A DNA stretch of 64,000 nucleotides from Desulfobacterales bacterium (GTDB taxonomy: Bacteria; Desulfobacterota; Desulfobacteria; Desulfobacterales; JAFDDL01). Location: the NCBI GenBank assembly GCA_963677545.2, contig CAXXKH010000048.1:11048-75047 (forward strand), read 5' to 3'. A program made the translations under genes and the position numbers. Positions 10,869 to 21,219 of this stretch are shown here, piece by piece. The notes beneath the pieces were generated by a model. That model saw nothing but the letters and a program-made list of their open reading frames with translations, was not told where the DNA came from and did no database searches. Each line of letters opens with the position of its first letter. The first letter of the stretch is position 1.

Positions 10869-12686
10869 GTGCCTGAACGAAAACGGATATTTTTTACATT
10901 TCAGTGAGTTGCTTCGAAAAAAAGATGCGAAGATTTTCTACTTTTACGCAATTTTACTTGCATAGTTGATGCTGTACTGGTATTTAACGTTTGGAATTAA
11001 CAATAAAAACCTGAATAAAACATCAAACAAAAGAAAAAAATCTTCGCGGAAAAACAATATGAGAAAAGTCATCGAAAAGCAACTAAAATTTGGCCAGCTG
11101 GACATCGACAAGATTGAAATCGATATTCAGAGCCGAGACGAAATTCCTCAACTCCTACTGGGGCTGCAAGCCATTTACCGGGACGTGCCCCTCCGAAAGA
11201 AAATTTTCCGAATTCTGGAAAGTATCGTGCCGGAAAACACCAGCAAAATAACTGGTCGTCCCGGAATGAATCTATGGGAAATCCTTGTTCTCGGAACGAT
11301 TCGTCTGAACTGCAATTTTGATTACGACAAGTTGGTGGAAATCGCAAACGAACACAAAACCGTTCGTGAATTTTTAGGGCATATTGATTTTAGTAATCGT
11401 TATGCGCTCCAGACGGTTAAAGACAACGTGCCTCTGCTGACCCCTGAAGTGCTTGATCAAATTGGAAGCCTGGTTATTGATAAAGGGCACGCGCTGTTTG
11501 GACATAAGGAAAAACCTCTTACTGGGCGTTGCGACTCTTTTGTCGTTGAGACTGATGTTCACTTTCCCACTGACATCAACCTCCTGTGGGACTCGATGCG
11601 AAAAACAATTACACTTATTGCTCGGATTTTTTCGGATTTGGAGCTTACCGAATGGCGACAGAGCGACTATATCTTGCGTAAAATCAAAAAGATGTTCAAT
11701 AAGGCCAATAAACTGAAACGCTCGAAAAACGAAGCTGAAAGCATCGCTGCCCACCAAACATATATCGATACCGCAACGGGATATGTCCTGCGCGTCCGAC
11801 GGGACATCGAGATTTTAAGAGGCATGGGCTACGACAGCATCCTTAGGCTGGCCGCAGTCGAACAATATTTGGCCCATGCCGAGCGGCAGATTGATCAGAT
11901 ACAGCGTCGTGTGATCGATGATGAAACCATCCCCCACCATGAGAAAGTCTTTTCGATTTTCGAGACGCATACCGAGTGGATCAGTAAATGGAAAGCCGGC
12001 GTTCCTCAGGAACTGGGGCTGAAAGTGTGCATACTTGAGGATCAACACGGCTTTCTCCTGCACCATCAGGTCATGAAGGGGCAGACAGATGACCAGGTCG
12101 CTGTTGAAATGGTCTCCGCCGCGAAACGAAAATTTCCTGAATTGAACGGTTGTAGCTTTGACAAGGGATCCCACAGTCCCGACAACCAAACAAAGCTTCC
12201 TGGCATCATAGACAACGTTGCTCTGCCCAGGAAGGGCAAATTATCTGAAAAGGCAAAAGCCATCGAGCATGCACAGGATTTTGTCCACGCGAGGCGAAAG
12301 CATTCAGCTGTCGAGTCTGCCATCAATGCGCTGGAAAACCATGCTTTGGATCGCTGCCCTGACCACGGTTTATATGGTTTTAAGAGATATGTTTCTTTGG
12401 CAGTGCTTGCTCGAAACATTCAGATATTAGGTGCCAAGATACAACGGAAAGAACAAAAGCGTTTACACCGAGAAGAAAAAGCAGCACTAAAACGCTACAG
12501 GCAAGCAGCGTAATTGTATTTTTTGAATTTTGTCACTACCGGGGCATAGGTGTTTCTAAACTCGAACTCCAACGCCTTGGTTGAATAAAATTTTATTACT
12601 TCTTTCAATATGAAGCGCCTGCATTTACTGAATGCGCTTCAGCACTATTTTTTAACGATGAGTTTACCCGGTTTTCGTTCAGGCAC
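10869..12686 (+). mobile_element. Insertion sequence, ISNCY-like, with TIRs and target-site duplication
   Basis: Perfect 16-bp IR GTGCCTGAACGAAAAC (10869-10884) / GTTTTCGTTCAGGCAC (12671-12686); TAACATA repeated at 10862-10868 and 12687-12693 (9-bp CTAACATAG if the IRs are drawn 1 bp shorter). Confidence 0.92.
11059..12513 (+). CDS. DDE transposase (ISNCY/IS5-like)
   Basis: GRPGMNLW, CDSFVVETDVHFPTD, EKVFSIFE, SFDKG, HSAVESAINALE motifs. Confidence 0.9.
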   Translation: MRKVIEKQLKFGQLDIDKIEIDIQSRDEIPQLLLGLQAIYRDVPLRKKIFRILESIVPENTSKITGRPGMNLWEILVLGTIRLNCNFDYDKLVEIANEHKTVREFLGHIDFSNRYALQTVKDNVPLLTPEVLDQIGSLVIDKGHALFGHKEKPLTGRCDSFVVETDVHFPTDINLLWDSMRKTITLIARIFSDLELTEWRQSDYILRKIKKMFNKANKLKRSKNEAESIAAHQTYIDTATGYVLRVRRDIEILRGMGYDSILRLAAVEQYLAHAERQIDQIQRRVIDDETIPHHEKVFSIFETHTEWISKWKAGVPQELGLKVCILEDQHGFLLHHQVMKGQTDDQVAVEMVSAAKRKFPELNGCSFDKGSHSPDNQTKLPGIIDNVALPRKGKLSEKAKAIEHAQDFVHARRKHSAVESAINALENHALDRCPDHGLYGFKRYVSLAVLARNIQILGAKIQRKEQKRLHREEKAALKRYRQAA

Positions 12687-12716
12687 TAACATAGAAGAAC
12701 AATAAGGAGCAACAAA

Positions 12717-14117
12717 ATGAAAGTATGTCTGATTAACCCGCCAATTATTCAGTCGTCAGCACAAAACCCAACTGTATATCCGCAGCTTGAAATGGCGTAC
12801 ATTGCCGCTGTTCTGGAAAAACATCACGATGTAACGATTATTGACACTGTCGCGGAGAGTTGGAAGACCGTTGAACAAATTGAAACTGGCTGTGATGAAA
12901 AAAAATACCGCGGGGGTTTAACGAACGAAGAAATAACTGGCAGGATAACCCATTGCATGCCTGATGTTGTCGTAATCCAGGTTATGTATGACGGACGCGT
13001 CCAGGCCGGATTTGAAATCGCATCTCTCGTGAAAAAAGTTGATGATAAAATAACAACTGTTTTTGAAGGACTATTCCCGTCGACGAGGCAAGTAGAGTGT
13101 CTTTCAAACCGAAATATTGATTTTGTGGTACGGGGCGAACCCGAATATACCATACTTGAACTGGTTAATGTTCTTGAAAAAGGCAACTCCGGTAATCTGG
13201 AAAAAGTGAGGGGTATAAGTTACGTTAAAGACGGCGAAGTAATCGACAATCCTTTAAGGCCCGGAATTGACAATCTGGATTTACTGCCTTTTCCCGCCAG
13301 GCGCCTGCTTCCAATGGATGCATATTTTGAAGCAAGTACAGAGAGCCCGCTCGGAATGGGAAGACTTCATAAACGTTACACGCCGATGCTCACAAGCAGA
13401 GGATGTCCGCAGGCGTGTATTTTCTGTTTTTATCACATCATGATGGGCAGAAAATGGCGGGGCAGAAGCCCGGAGAATGTACTGTGCGAGATAGAACAAT
13501 TGATCGGGACTTATGATATCAAGCAAATTAATTTCAGCGATATCAATATGTCCCATGACAGAAAACGGATGGAAGCAATCTGCGACCGCATGATTGAAAG
13601 AAATTTTAATATTGAATGGCTGGTTCCCCAGGGCCTGAGGGCCGATACGCTTGACGAAACACTTCTGAAAAAAATGAGCAAAGCCGGCTGTCGGGGATTT
13701 TGTGTCGCTCCGGAATCCGGTGTCCAGCGCGTTGTCGATCGGATCAAAAAGAATATGGACTTGAAGGCCGTTGAAAACGCGGTTGCCTTGGCCAGTAAAG
13801 AAGGCATTGACACAAGAGCTTATTTCATTCTCGGTTTTCCGGGCGAGACAAAAGAGGATATGAAGAAAACCATTGAATTCGCCTATAAGCTAAAGCGGTT
13901 AGGTGCCAAGCATTTTCTATTTAATATTGCTACGCCCATTTTTGGAACAGAACTTTACGAACTGGCCAGGCGAGAAGGTCTCCTGAAAGAAAACGGGGGC
14001 GACGGCATCCCGGATAACGTGTATCCGTCAATTGAAACCGAGGAATTTACCGCGGCTTATATACAGGATATCTGTTTACAGGCAAATAAATCAATGAACC
14101 GGGCAGAGAAGGTATAA
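12717..14117 (+). CDS. B12-binding-domain radical SAM protein
   Basis: SRGCPQACIFC (CxxxCxxC), LDLLPFPAR, ESG, FILGFPGET; N-terminal Rossmann-type B12 domain with GEPE. Confidence 0.92.
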   Translation: MKVCLINPPIIQSSAQNPTVYPQLEMAYIAAVLEKHHDVTIIDTVAESWKTVEQIETGCDEKKYRGGLTNEEITGRITHCMPDVVVIQVMYDGRVQAGFEIASLVKKVDDKITTVFEGLFPSTRQVECLSNRNIDFVVRGEPEYTILELVNVLEKGNSGNLEKVRGISYVKDGEVIDNPLRPGIDNLDLLPFPARRLLPMDAYFEASTESPLGMGRLHKRYTPMLTSRGCPQACIFCFYHIMMGRKWRGRSPENVLCEIEQLIGTYDIKQINFSDINMSHDRKRMEAICDRMIERNFNIEWLVPQGLRADTLDETLLKKMSKAGCRGFCVAPESGVQRVVDRIKKNMDLKAVENAVALASKEGIDTRAYFILGFPGETKEDMKKTIEFAYKLKRLGAKHFLFNIATPIFGTELYELARREGLLKENGGDGIPDNVYPSIETEEFTAAYIQDICLQANKSMNRAEKV

Positions 14118-14324
14118 CGATAAACAGATAATCGCTGCAAACGATAGACGATCAAGTTCTCTTCTCTTTTTTGGCTTAAATTATATCTTGACACAAAATA
14201 ACGTTCATAATAGCATGGCTGGTCAGTATGCTTACGTATACTCGTCGAAGCCGGCCATTAACTGGTAATAATTTTTTGGAGAAGAGTATATTGACAATAT
14301 AAAATAGTAATTTTTTCGTTGGAA

Positions 14325-14401
14325 ATGAGGAAGCCGGGTGAAATTCCCGCACTGGCCCGCAACTGTGATTCTGATGCACTTCAGATAAGTCAGATACTCA
14401 T
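14325..14401 (+). ncRNA. Cobalamin riboswitch 2 (short, paralog of riboswitch 1)
   Basis: Core identical to riboswitch 1; variable hairpin differs (TCTGA/TCAGA versus TCCGGTGT/ACACCGGA); upstream of a BtuB-like gene. Confidence 0.88.
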
Positions 14402-14474
14402 GTAGCTGAATATCCTCGAGGACCGGGATAGGTTATAGCATACCCTTCCATCAGGTTTGGTTGATGCTATGATT

Positions 14475-14504
14475 GAAGACACGCCCGGGCGTGTCTTTTT
14501 TTTT
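14475..14504 (+). terminator. Intrinsic terminator (attenuator) of riboswitch 2
   Basis: AAGACACGCCCGGGCGTGTCTT hairpin plus T-run. Confidence 0.8.
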
Positions 14505-14598
14505 GGAGCATTTCTCTTTGTTGTAGTCTCCTCCCCCATCCTCCAAGGTTATTCCCGATACGATTATCGAGAATTTTTCAAAAATTAAGGAGATGCGG

Positions 14599-16575
14599 AT
14601 GAAATCATTACCTGTGAGACAATGGTTGTGCTTGATAATGGCTGGATTATGGCTCTTGTCGATCCCGGCATTTGCTGCTGAAGATGAGGAGGACGGAAAA
14701 AAATCGAAACAGGAAACGGAACAGGTGGAAGAAGCCAAAGACAAAACGGCAGCGGAAAGCGCCACTAAGCAGATGGACAATATGATTGTCACGGCAAGCC
14801 GCGTGGATGAATCCCTGCGCATGGTAACGAAATCGGTGACCGTCGTGACGGAGAAAGACATTCGGCAAAAAGGGACTCAATCCGTTGTTGACGTGTTGAA
14901 TGATGTTCCCGGTATCGTGGTCAACTCCTACGGCCCTCCGGGCGGTGCGGATTACATGTACGTCCGTGGCGCCGAGAACGGTAAAACCCTTGTCATGATT
15001 GACGGGGTCCGGGTACAGAATCCCGGTTCCGTCTCCAACGCCCTGAGCCTTGCCTATCTGAGGACGGACAATATCGAACGGATAGAAGTTGTCCGGGGGG
15101 CTGAAAGCGTTTTGTACGGCTCCAGTGCCATGGGCGGCGTCATCAATATCATTACCAAAAAAGGAAAGGGCAAGCCGTCGGTTACAGCCGGGTTTGAAGG
15201 TGGCTCCTTCGAGACCTATAAAGAACACGCCGAGATCAGGGGAGGCGATGACCGAAAAGACTACAGCCTCCAGGCAACCCAGACGAACATTGGCGGCCTG
15301 TCAAAAGCGGACAGCCCGGAACAGGAAGAAGACGATTACGCAAACACATCCGTCTCGGGAAAGTTCAATGTACAAATCACGGACAAAACGGAGGTCGGGA
15401 TCTCCGCCGCCTACAATTCCACCGATATGGAGTATGACAACTCACCCGATCCAGACACTGGTCTTGGCAGGGACGGGTACGATGTATTGTACAACGACAT
15501 ACTTTTCGGAAGCGTCCACCTGGATCAGAAGATAAGCAACTGGTGGGATACCTCCCTGAAAGGGGGATACACCTACAATGAAACCGAATATTTCGATGCC
15601 GCCACGGGAACGGATGTATTCATGTACAGCTATGAAGGCCAGACCCAGACAGCCTCGTGGCAGAACGACCTCCATCTCGGCGAAAAAGACATGCTTATAG
15701 CGGGTATCGACTATATCCAGGAACAGGCAAAAATGAATTCCGGCACATCGTTTCCGGTCGACGACGAAAGCGCCTATACCGTAAGCGGATTCATCAACAA
15801 TATCTGGACACCGACGGATAGTATAAATATCTCCGCCGGACTGCGCTACGATGAGCACGAGAATTTCGGATCGGCAACGACGTACCAGCTTTCGGCGGCT
15901 TATTTTTTCGACAGGACCGGAACCAAGGTCCGGGGCAGCTACGGCACGGGGTTCAAGGCGCCCAGCCTGCTTCAGTTGTACTATCCCTACGGCTACGGAA
16001 ATACGGACCTGGATCCCGAGGAAAGCGAGTCTTATGAAGTCGGCATCGACCAGTACCTGCTCGATGACAGGCTGACCATTTCGATCACCTATTTCCACAA
16101 TGATATTACGGATCTGATCGGGACGCAGAGTGTCGGCGGGGTAACCCAGTTTTACAACGTTGCAGGCGTCGAGGCGGAAGGTTTGGAGACGACCCTGAGC
16201 TGGCGTCTGTCCAGAGAGTTGACCCTCAACCTCCACTACACCTACCAGGAATCGATCGATGAATCTTTGAACCGCCAGAGGACCCATATCCCCGAAAACA
16301 CCGGCGGCGGATCGATCAATTACACGCCATGGGAGAAATTCAACTGGAATCTGTCCGCCCAGTATATGGGGGATCGGTACGCCGCAAAACTGGGGAGCGA
16401 ATATCCCGAGGTGCCGGAACGTATTTTATTCAACACCAAAGCCTCCTACGATATCAAAGAGTGGCTCCGGTTAACCGTCAGGATCGAGAACCTCACGGAT
16501 GAAGACTATCAGTCCATGTACGGCTATACGGGTCCGGGAATCGCTTTTTATGGCGGTATCGACGTGAAATATTAA
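14599..16575 (+). CDS. btuB: TonB-dependent receptor, BtuB-like
   Basis: Signal peptide, TonB box MIVTASR, plug motif IERIEVVRGAESVLYGSSAMGGVINIIT, YGTGFKAP; directly under a cobalamin riboswitch. Confidence 0.85.
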   Translation: MKSLPVRQWLCLIMAGLWLLSIPAFAAEDEEDGKKSKQETEQVEEAKDKTAAESATKQMDNMIVTASRVDESLRMVTKSVTVVTEKDIRQKGTQSVVDVLNDVPGIVVNSYGPPGGADYMYVRGAENGKTLVMIDGVRVQNPGSVSNALSLAYLRTDNIERIEVVRGAESVLYGSSAMGGVINIITKKGKGKPSVTAGFEGGSFETYKEHAEIRGGDDRKDYSLQATQTNIGGLSKADSPEQEEDDYANTSVSGKFNVQITDKTEVGISAAYNSTDMEYDNSPDPDTGLGRDGYDVLYNDILFGSVHLDQKISNWWDTSLKGGYTYNETEYFDAATGTDVFMYSYEGQTQTASWQNDLHLGEKDMLIAGIDYIQEQAKMNSGTSFPVDDESAYTVSGFINNIWTPTDSINISAGLRYDEHENFGSATTYQLSAAYFFDRTGTKVRGSYGTGFKAPSLLQLYYPYGYGNTDLDPEESESYEVGIDQYLLDDRLTISITYFHNDITDLIGTQSVGGVTQFYNVAGVEAEGLETTLSWRLSRELTLNLHYTYQESIDESLNRQRTHIPENTGGGSINYTPWEKFNWNLSAQYMGDRYAAKLGSEYPEVPERILFNTKASYDIKEWLRLTVRIENLTDEDYQSMYGYTGPGIAFYGGIDVKY

Positions 16576-16577
16576 GG

Positions 16578-17324
16578 ATGTCAATATTGAATGTAAAAGG
16601 CCTGGTTCTCGATCTCAAGCGCTTGGATTGGGACGGTAAAATCAGTTTTCTGGATTGGAGCGACAAAGTCTCTTCCGTTATTTTCCTTCCAGGCTGTAAT
16701 TTCCGTTGTCCCTTCTGCCATGTGGTAAGACTTGTTCTTGCTCCGGAGAAGCTTAAAACAATTCCTTTTGAAAAAGTTGAAGCCAAACTCAAAGAGAATA
16801 AAGAATGGATCGGGGCAGTGAGCATTACGGGTGGAGAACCGACCCTTCAAAGCAGCTTGCCTGAATTGTGTCTTAAACTGAAAGATATGCAGTTTCTGGT
16901 AAAATTGGATACAAACGGAACCAACCCCGTCATGCTTAAAGGACTCAGGGATAGAGCACTCGTGGACTACGTAGCGATGGAAATAAAAGCGCCGCTGACA
17001 GTGGAAAAATATTCCGTGGGAACTGGTGTCAATGCAGAACATTTGCTTCCGAATGTAAAAAAAAGCATCCGCTTACTGATGACATCCGATATGGACTATG
17101 AATTCAGGACCACCGTTGTTCCCACCATACATAGTATAGAGGATATAAAACAGATATGCCGCGACTTGAAAGGGTGCAAGAGATATGTTCTGCAAAAGTT
17201 CGTCACCATCGGGGAGACTGTCATCAACCCTGATTTCATGTTGAAATCATTAAGCGAAGAGGAGATGCGGAAGTTTGTGGATGCCGCCCAGGAAGTAATT
17301 CCAAACGCAAGACGCAGATATTGA
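16578..17324 (+). CDS. Anaerobic ribonucleoside-triphosphate reductase activating protein-like radical SAM enzyme
   Basis: GCNFRCPFCH, ITGGEPTL, KLDTNG, YEFRTTVVP, YVLQKF. Confidence 0.85.
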   Translation: MSILNVKGLVLDLKRLDWDGKISFLDWSDKVSSVIFLPGCNFRCPFCHVVRLVLAPEKLKTIPFEKVEAKLKENKEWIGAVSITGGEPTLQSSLPELCLKLKDMQFLVKLDTNGTNPVMLKGLRDRALVDYVAMEIKAPLTVEKYSVGTGVNAEHLLPNVKKSIRLLMTSDMDYEFRTTVVPTIHSIEDIKQICRDLKGCKRYVLQKFVTIGETVINPDFMLKSLSEEEMRKFVDAAQEVIPNARRRY

Positions 17325-17520
17325 GATGATTTAGTTGAATGCCAGGCTCGTATCGATCAGCCTTTATCATAATTATGTACGTCCCGATCTAATTCGCGCA
17401 GGTGGTTTTTGAATACATGTTCAGCGGCATGGAACAATGGGAGAAAAAGATCGAGGCCCAGAAGAGGGCGCTGCGGAGTTGCCTCTGGCCTTCGGCGCAA
17501 CAAACGGGGAAACGGAAAAG

Positions 17521-18654
17521 ATGAATATCGAGTGCGGAAAGAAGATAGCTTTGTTTTTGATTGCCGTTGCGGTTCTGTTTGCAGGCACAGGGGTGGCTAT
17601 GTGCGCCGATTCCGGGGTTCCCCTCGAATATGCAAAATATTTCCGCATCGAGGAATGGTCGGGCTGCAAGCTGGCGACAATCCTGTCCCCCCGGGATCGG
17701 GAAAAGGTCGCCTGCCGGTTTCTGCTGGTGCCGCGGGGAACTCCCGTGCCGGAAAACTATCCGAAGGCACAGGTGTTTCGGGTTCCTGTAGAGCGCGTGG
17801 TTTCCTTTTCCACCACGCATCTCGCCTACATCGACACTGCCGGAAAAACGGGAGACCTGGTCGGGCTGTCCGGTTTCAAGTACGTCAACACCCCTTCGGT
17901 TCGGCATCTCATAGAATCCGGGAAGCTTGAAGAAATAGGGCAGATGAACAGTCTGAAATTGGAAACGGTGCTGGATCTCTCGCCGGATCTCATCCTGACC
18001 GCCGACATGGATTCGGCCTACGCCGTTCATTCCAGGCTGCTGGAGGCCGGATTGCCGGCGGTACCGATCATGGATCACGTGGAAGAACATCCCCTGGGGC
18101 GCTGTGAGTGGATCAAGCTTCTGGCGCTTTTCCTGGGTACGGAATCCCACGCCGACGCGCTCTTCAAAGATATTGCCGGACGCTATCACGCCATGGTTCT
18201 AAAAACGGCCTCGGCACGAAACAGACCCAGGGTCATTGAGGGGGCGCCGTTTCAGGGGCAGTGGTACATTGCGAGGGGAGACAGCTTCGTCGCCCAGTTT
18301 ATCCGGGATGCCGGGGGCGATTATTACTGGTCCCACATTCCCGGAACCGACAGCGTTCCGATGGATGTGGAGACCGTCTACGAACCCGCCCTGGCGGCCG
18401 ACATATGGCTCAATCCCGGAGGATGGACAAGCCTGAAAGACGGTCTTTCCGCTGACCCGCGTTTTGCGGTGATACCGGCAATGAAACTCGGGAAGGTATT
18501 CAATTACAACAAGCGCCTCAATCGATGGGGCGGGAATGACTACTGGGAGTCGGGCATGCTGAGACCGGACGAAGTGCTGGCCGACCTCATCGCCATTCTA
18601 CACCCCGAGATACTCCCGGACCGCGAACTCGTCTATTACCGGAAGCTGGAATGA
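17521..18654 (+). CDS. ABC transporter substrate-binding protein (BtuF/iron-siderophore type)
   Basis: Signal peptide; LEYAKYF, PVERVV, EEHPLGRCEWIK, NDYWESGMLRPD. Confidence 0.88.
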   Translation: MNIECGKKIALFLIAVAVLFAGTGVAMCADSGVPLEYAKYFRIEEWSGCKLATILSPRDREKVACRFLLVPRGTPVPENYPKAQVFRVPVERVVSFSTTHLAYIDTAGKTGDLVGLSGFKYVNTPSVRHLIESGKLEEIGQMNSLKLETVLDLSPDLILTADMDSAYAVHSRLLEAGLPAVPIMDHVEEHPLGRCEWIKLLALFLGTESHADALFKDIAGRYHAMVLKTASARNRPRVIEGAPFQGQWYIARGDSFVAQFIRDAGGDYYWSHIPGTDSVPMDVETVYEPALAADIWLNPGGWTSLKDGLSADPRFAVIPAMKLGKVFNYNKRLNRWGGNDYWESGMLRPDEVLADLIAILHPEILPDRELVYYRKLE

Positions 18655-18678
18655 CAAAAGGCGGCGCTTCTTGAAGCA

Positions 18679-19735
18679 ATGGCCGCACAGCAACGGGACC
18701 TTGACATTTCTGAAATTTTGTCAAAAGTAAAAGTGACCATTATGATACGTGAAGAACATGCCGAATTCAACCACCTTGCACGTCTCAGCTTTGCCGCACC
18801 TTTTGATATCAATATGCCGCCGGAATGGACGCTTTGCGGATTCGTCGACGGAAAGATGGCGACGACGTATTCATCCTGTCCCATGACAATGCGGTTCAAC
18901 GGCAGCCGCGTAGCAATTGCCGGCATTACTGTTGTAACCACAATGCCTCTTTACAGGCAGATGGGCATACTGAGAAAGATAACTGAAACACATTAAAAAA
19001 ACTTTACGAGACCGGGAAGCTTTCCATTTCCGCCCTGAACGCATCAAACGCCGCAATATACCAGAGATACGGGTATGGCATCGTTTCATTTAAAAAAGCC
19101 TATACTACGAAGCCTCAATTCCTGAAATTCGCGTTGAAAAAGCGTCCCGGTGGAGAATTGCGGGAAGTCGACGATCAAAGCGACGGACTGTTGCTCGAAC
19201 TGTATCATCGGTTTGCTGAAAAAAGAACAGGGTATCTTCATCGCAATGAAAAATTCGAAGTGTCTCCCGCTGTTCCCTTTACCGTTTTGACTTTTCCGCC
19301 GCCGTCGCCCATCCCCGCCGTACGTATTGTATATTACGAAGGCGGCAAGGCTCTCGGCTACCTGATATACAGCGTGGAACAGGAAATCGTCGGGGGGAGT
19401 CCGATGGGGCAGCGCCTGTTCATCCGGGATATTGCGTGGCTGTCGCCTTCAGCTTACGGGGGATTGTGGGAATTCCTGTCGCACATGGATCTTGTGCGTG
19501 ATATTATTTGGCTGCGAATTCCGCCCGACGACCCGCTGCCTTGCCTGGTGCTTGAGCCGAAGGCACTTAACGGCGTAACAAGCGATGGGCTGCTCGCGAG
19601 GATAGTCGATGTCGAAAAAGCATTGCCGAAACGGCAAAGATCGGAAGGCTTGATGTATACGATTCCGATGTGTTGAAGTTATGGGACCGCGTAATGAAAA
19701 CCGAACACAAGCCCTTCTGCCCGGATATGTTCTGA
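18679..19735 (+). pseudogene. Eis-like GNAT acetyltransferase pseudogene
   Basis: AGITVVTT.P.YR.MG, then (other frame) AIYQRYGYG, LLARIVDVEKAL and terminal KPFCPDMF*; several frameshifts and most of the C-terminal domain deleted. Confidence 0.75.
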
Positions 19736-19950
19736 AAAGATTCCGGGGCGGTCTTCCAGAAGCAAAACGAAAATATCGAGAGTTCGACCCCCTGTTTTCC
19801 CCGGGCTTTTCCACGGCAGGCATCATCTCGCGCATCGATTGCACCTTGACAACATATCGAAATTCTGGCATATAATTGATTTAAATAAACAAGTTTCTTT
19901 CGATATCAGGGTGAAAGTGTAAATCCATATTATCAAAGGATCTTTCAGTA

Positions 19951-20859
19951 ATGACAGGTAAAGCTGTTAAAGCAAACCTCCCCCGTAAAGACAACAACCT
20001 GAAGAATATCCCCGCCGACTCGATCCTGAACTCCATTTCCGCTCATATCGCCATACTGGATAAAAACGGAACGATTTTAGAGACCAACCGCGCCTGGCGG
20101 GATTTTGCGGTATCGAACGATGTGATGATTCGCCCGGACATGACAGGGGTCAACTACCTCTCACTGTGCGACAATACGGAGGGGGAGTCATTTCCCGAGG
20201 CCAGGGCGGTGTCTGACGGCATAAGGGCGGTAATCGCGGGAGAGCTTGACGAGTTTGTAAAGGATTATGCCTGCCATTCAAGAACCGAGAAAAGATGGTT
20301 TTACATGCGGGTCACCAGGCTCATGTACAAAGGGCCGTTACGGGTGGTAGTCGCCCATGAAAATATTACAGGACTAAAACTGGCTGAAGAAGCCTTGAAG
20401 GACCGGAAAAGGGCGCTGATTCAGAAAGCCGAAGACCTGGATGAGCTTAATGCGGCCCTCAAAGTACTCCTTAAACAGAGGGATCAAGACAAAAAAGAAC
20501 TGGAAGAAAAAATCATATCCAATATTAACCAGCTTGTCCTGCCATGTCTTGAGAAGATAAAGACAAGCACATCAGTGGCAAGGCGGAACGAGCAGATTGA
20601 GCTGCTGGAGGAAAACCTCTCGGAGGTTACATCTCCACTGCTTAAAAACATATCGATTAAATTCCGTTCGCTGACACCCAGGGAAATAATGGTGGCCAAC
20701 TTTATTAAAAACGGGAGAACAAGCAAGGAGATTGCGGAGATCATAAATATCTCCCTTGATACGGTTGATTTCCATAGAAAAAATATAAGAAGCAAACTGG
20801 GCCTCACCAATAAAAAAGACAATCTCAGATCTTTCCTGCTCAGCCTGTCGGAGCCGTAG
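19951..20859 (+). CDS. PAS-domain LuxR-type transcriptional regulator
   Basis: PAS_4-like IAILD...NRAW...YACHS...RWF; LTPRE...GRTSKEIA...TVDFHRKNIRSKLG HTH. Confidence 0.9.
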   Translation: MTGKAVKANLPRKDNNLKNIPADSILNSISAHIAILDKNGTILETNRAWRDFAVSNDVMIRPDMTGVNYLSLCDNTEGESFPEARAVSDGIRAVIAGELDEFVKDYACHSRTEKRWFYMRVTRLMYKGPLRVVVAHENITGLKLAEEALKDRKRALIQKAEDLDELNAALKVLLKQRDQDKKELEEKIISNINQLVLPCLEKIKTSTSVARRNEQIELLEENLSEVTSPLLKNISIKFRSLTPREIMVANFIKNGRTSKEIAEIINISLDTVDFHRKNIRSKLGLTNKKDNLRSFLLSLSEP

Positions 20860-20977
20860 GTTTTAGCTACCACTTTTACCCCGTTTAACACCCATTGGTA
20901 CTACAATTACAATCTGAGATAATAGTATTGAGTTTCAGGTTATATTTTTTATTAGCCCCAAAAACGGGAGGGATATC

Positions 20978-21169
20978 ATGTTATACAGCATTGCAAACCT
21001 TGGAAATGACAAACTGGATAAAATCAAGGCACTGGAAAGCGATATCGGTAAAACAATGATCGCTTTTTCCGGCCAGGATCTAAAATTAACTGATCTGTCA
21101 GAGGACCAGTTGGCAAAGATCAAAACAGTGGAGGAAAGTACCGGACTTGTGCTGGTAGCAGTGGCATAG
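20978..21169 (+). CDS. Small hypothetical protein with internal duplication
   Basis: RBS GGGAGGG; two repeats LDKIKALESDIGKTMIA / LAKIKTVEESTGLVLVA. Confidence 0.7.
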   Translation: MLYSIANLGNDKLDKIKALESDIGKTMIAFSGQDLKLTDLSEDQLAKIKTVEESTGLVLVAVA

Positions 21170-21186
21170 CTGTTTTTTTTTCGCAT

Positions 21187-21213
21187 AAGGCGGGGCTGTT
21201 TGCCCCGCCTTTA
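21187..21213. terminator. Hairpin between convergent genes, probable bidirectional terminator
   Basis: TAAGGCGGGGC...GCCCCGCCTTTA. Confidence 0.65.
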
Positions 21214-21219
21214 TTTGCA

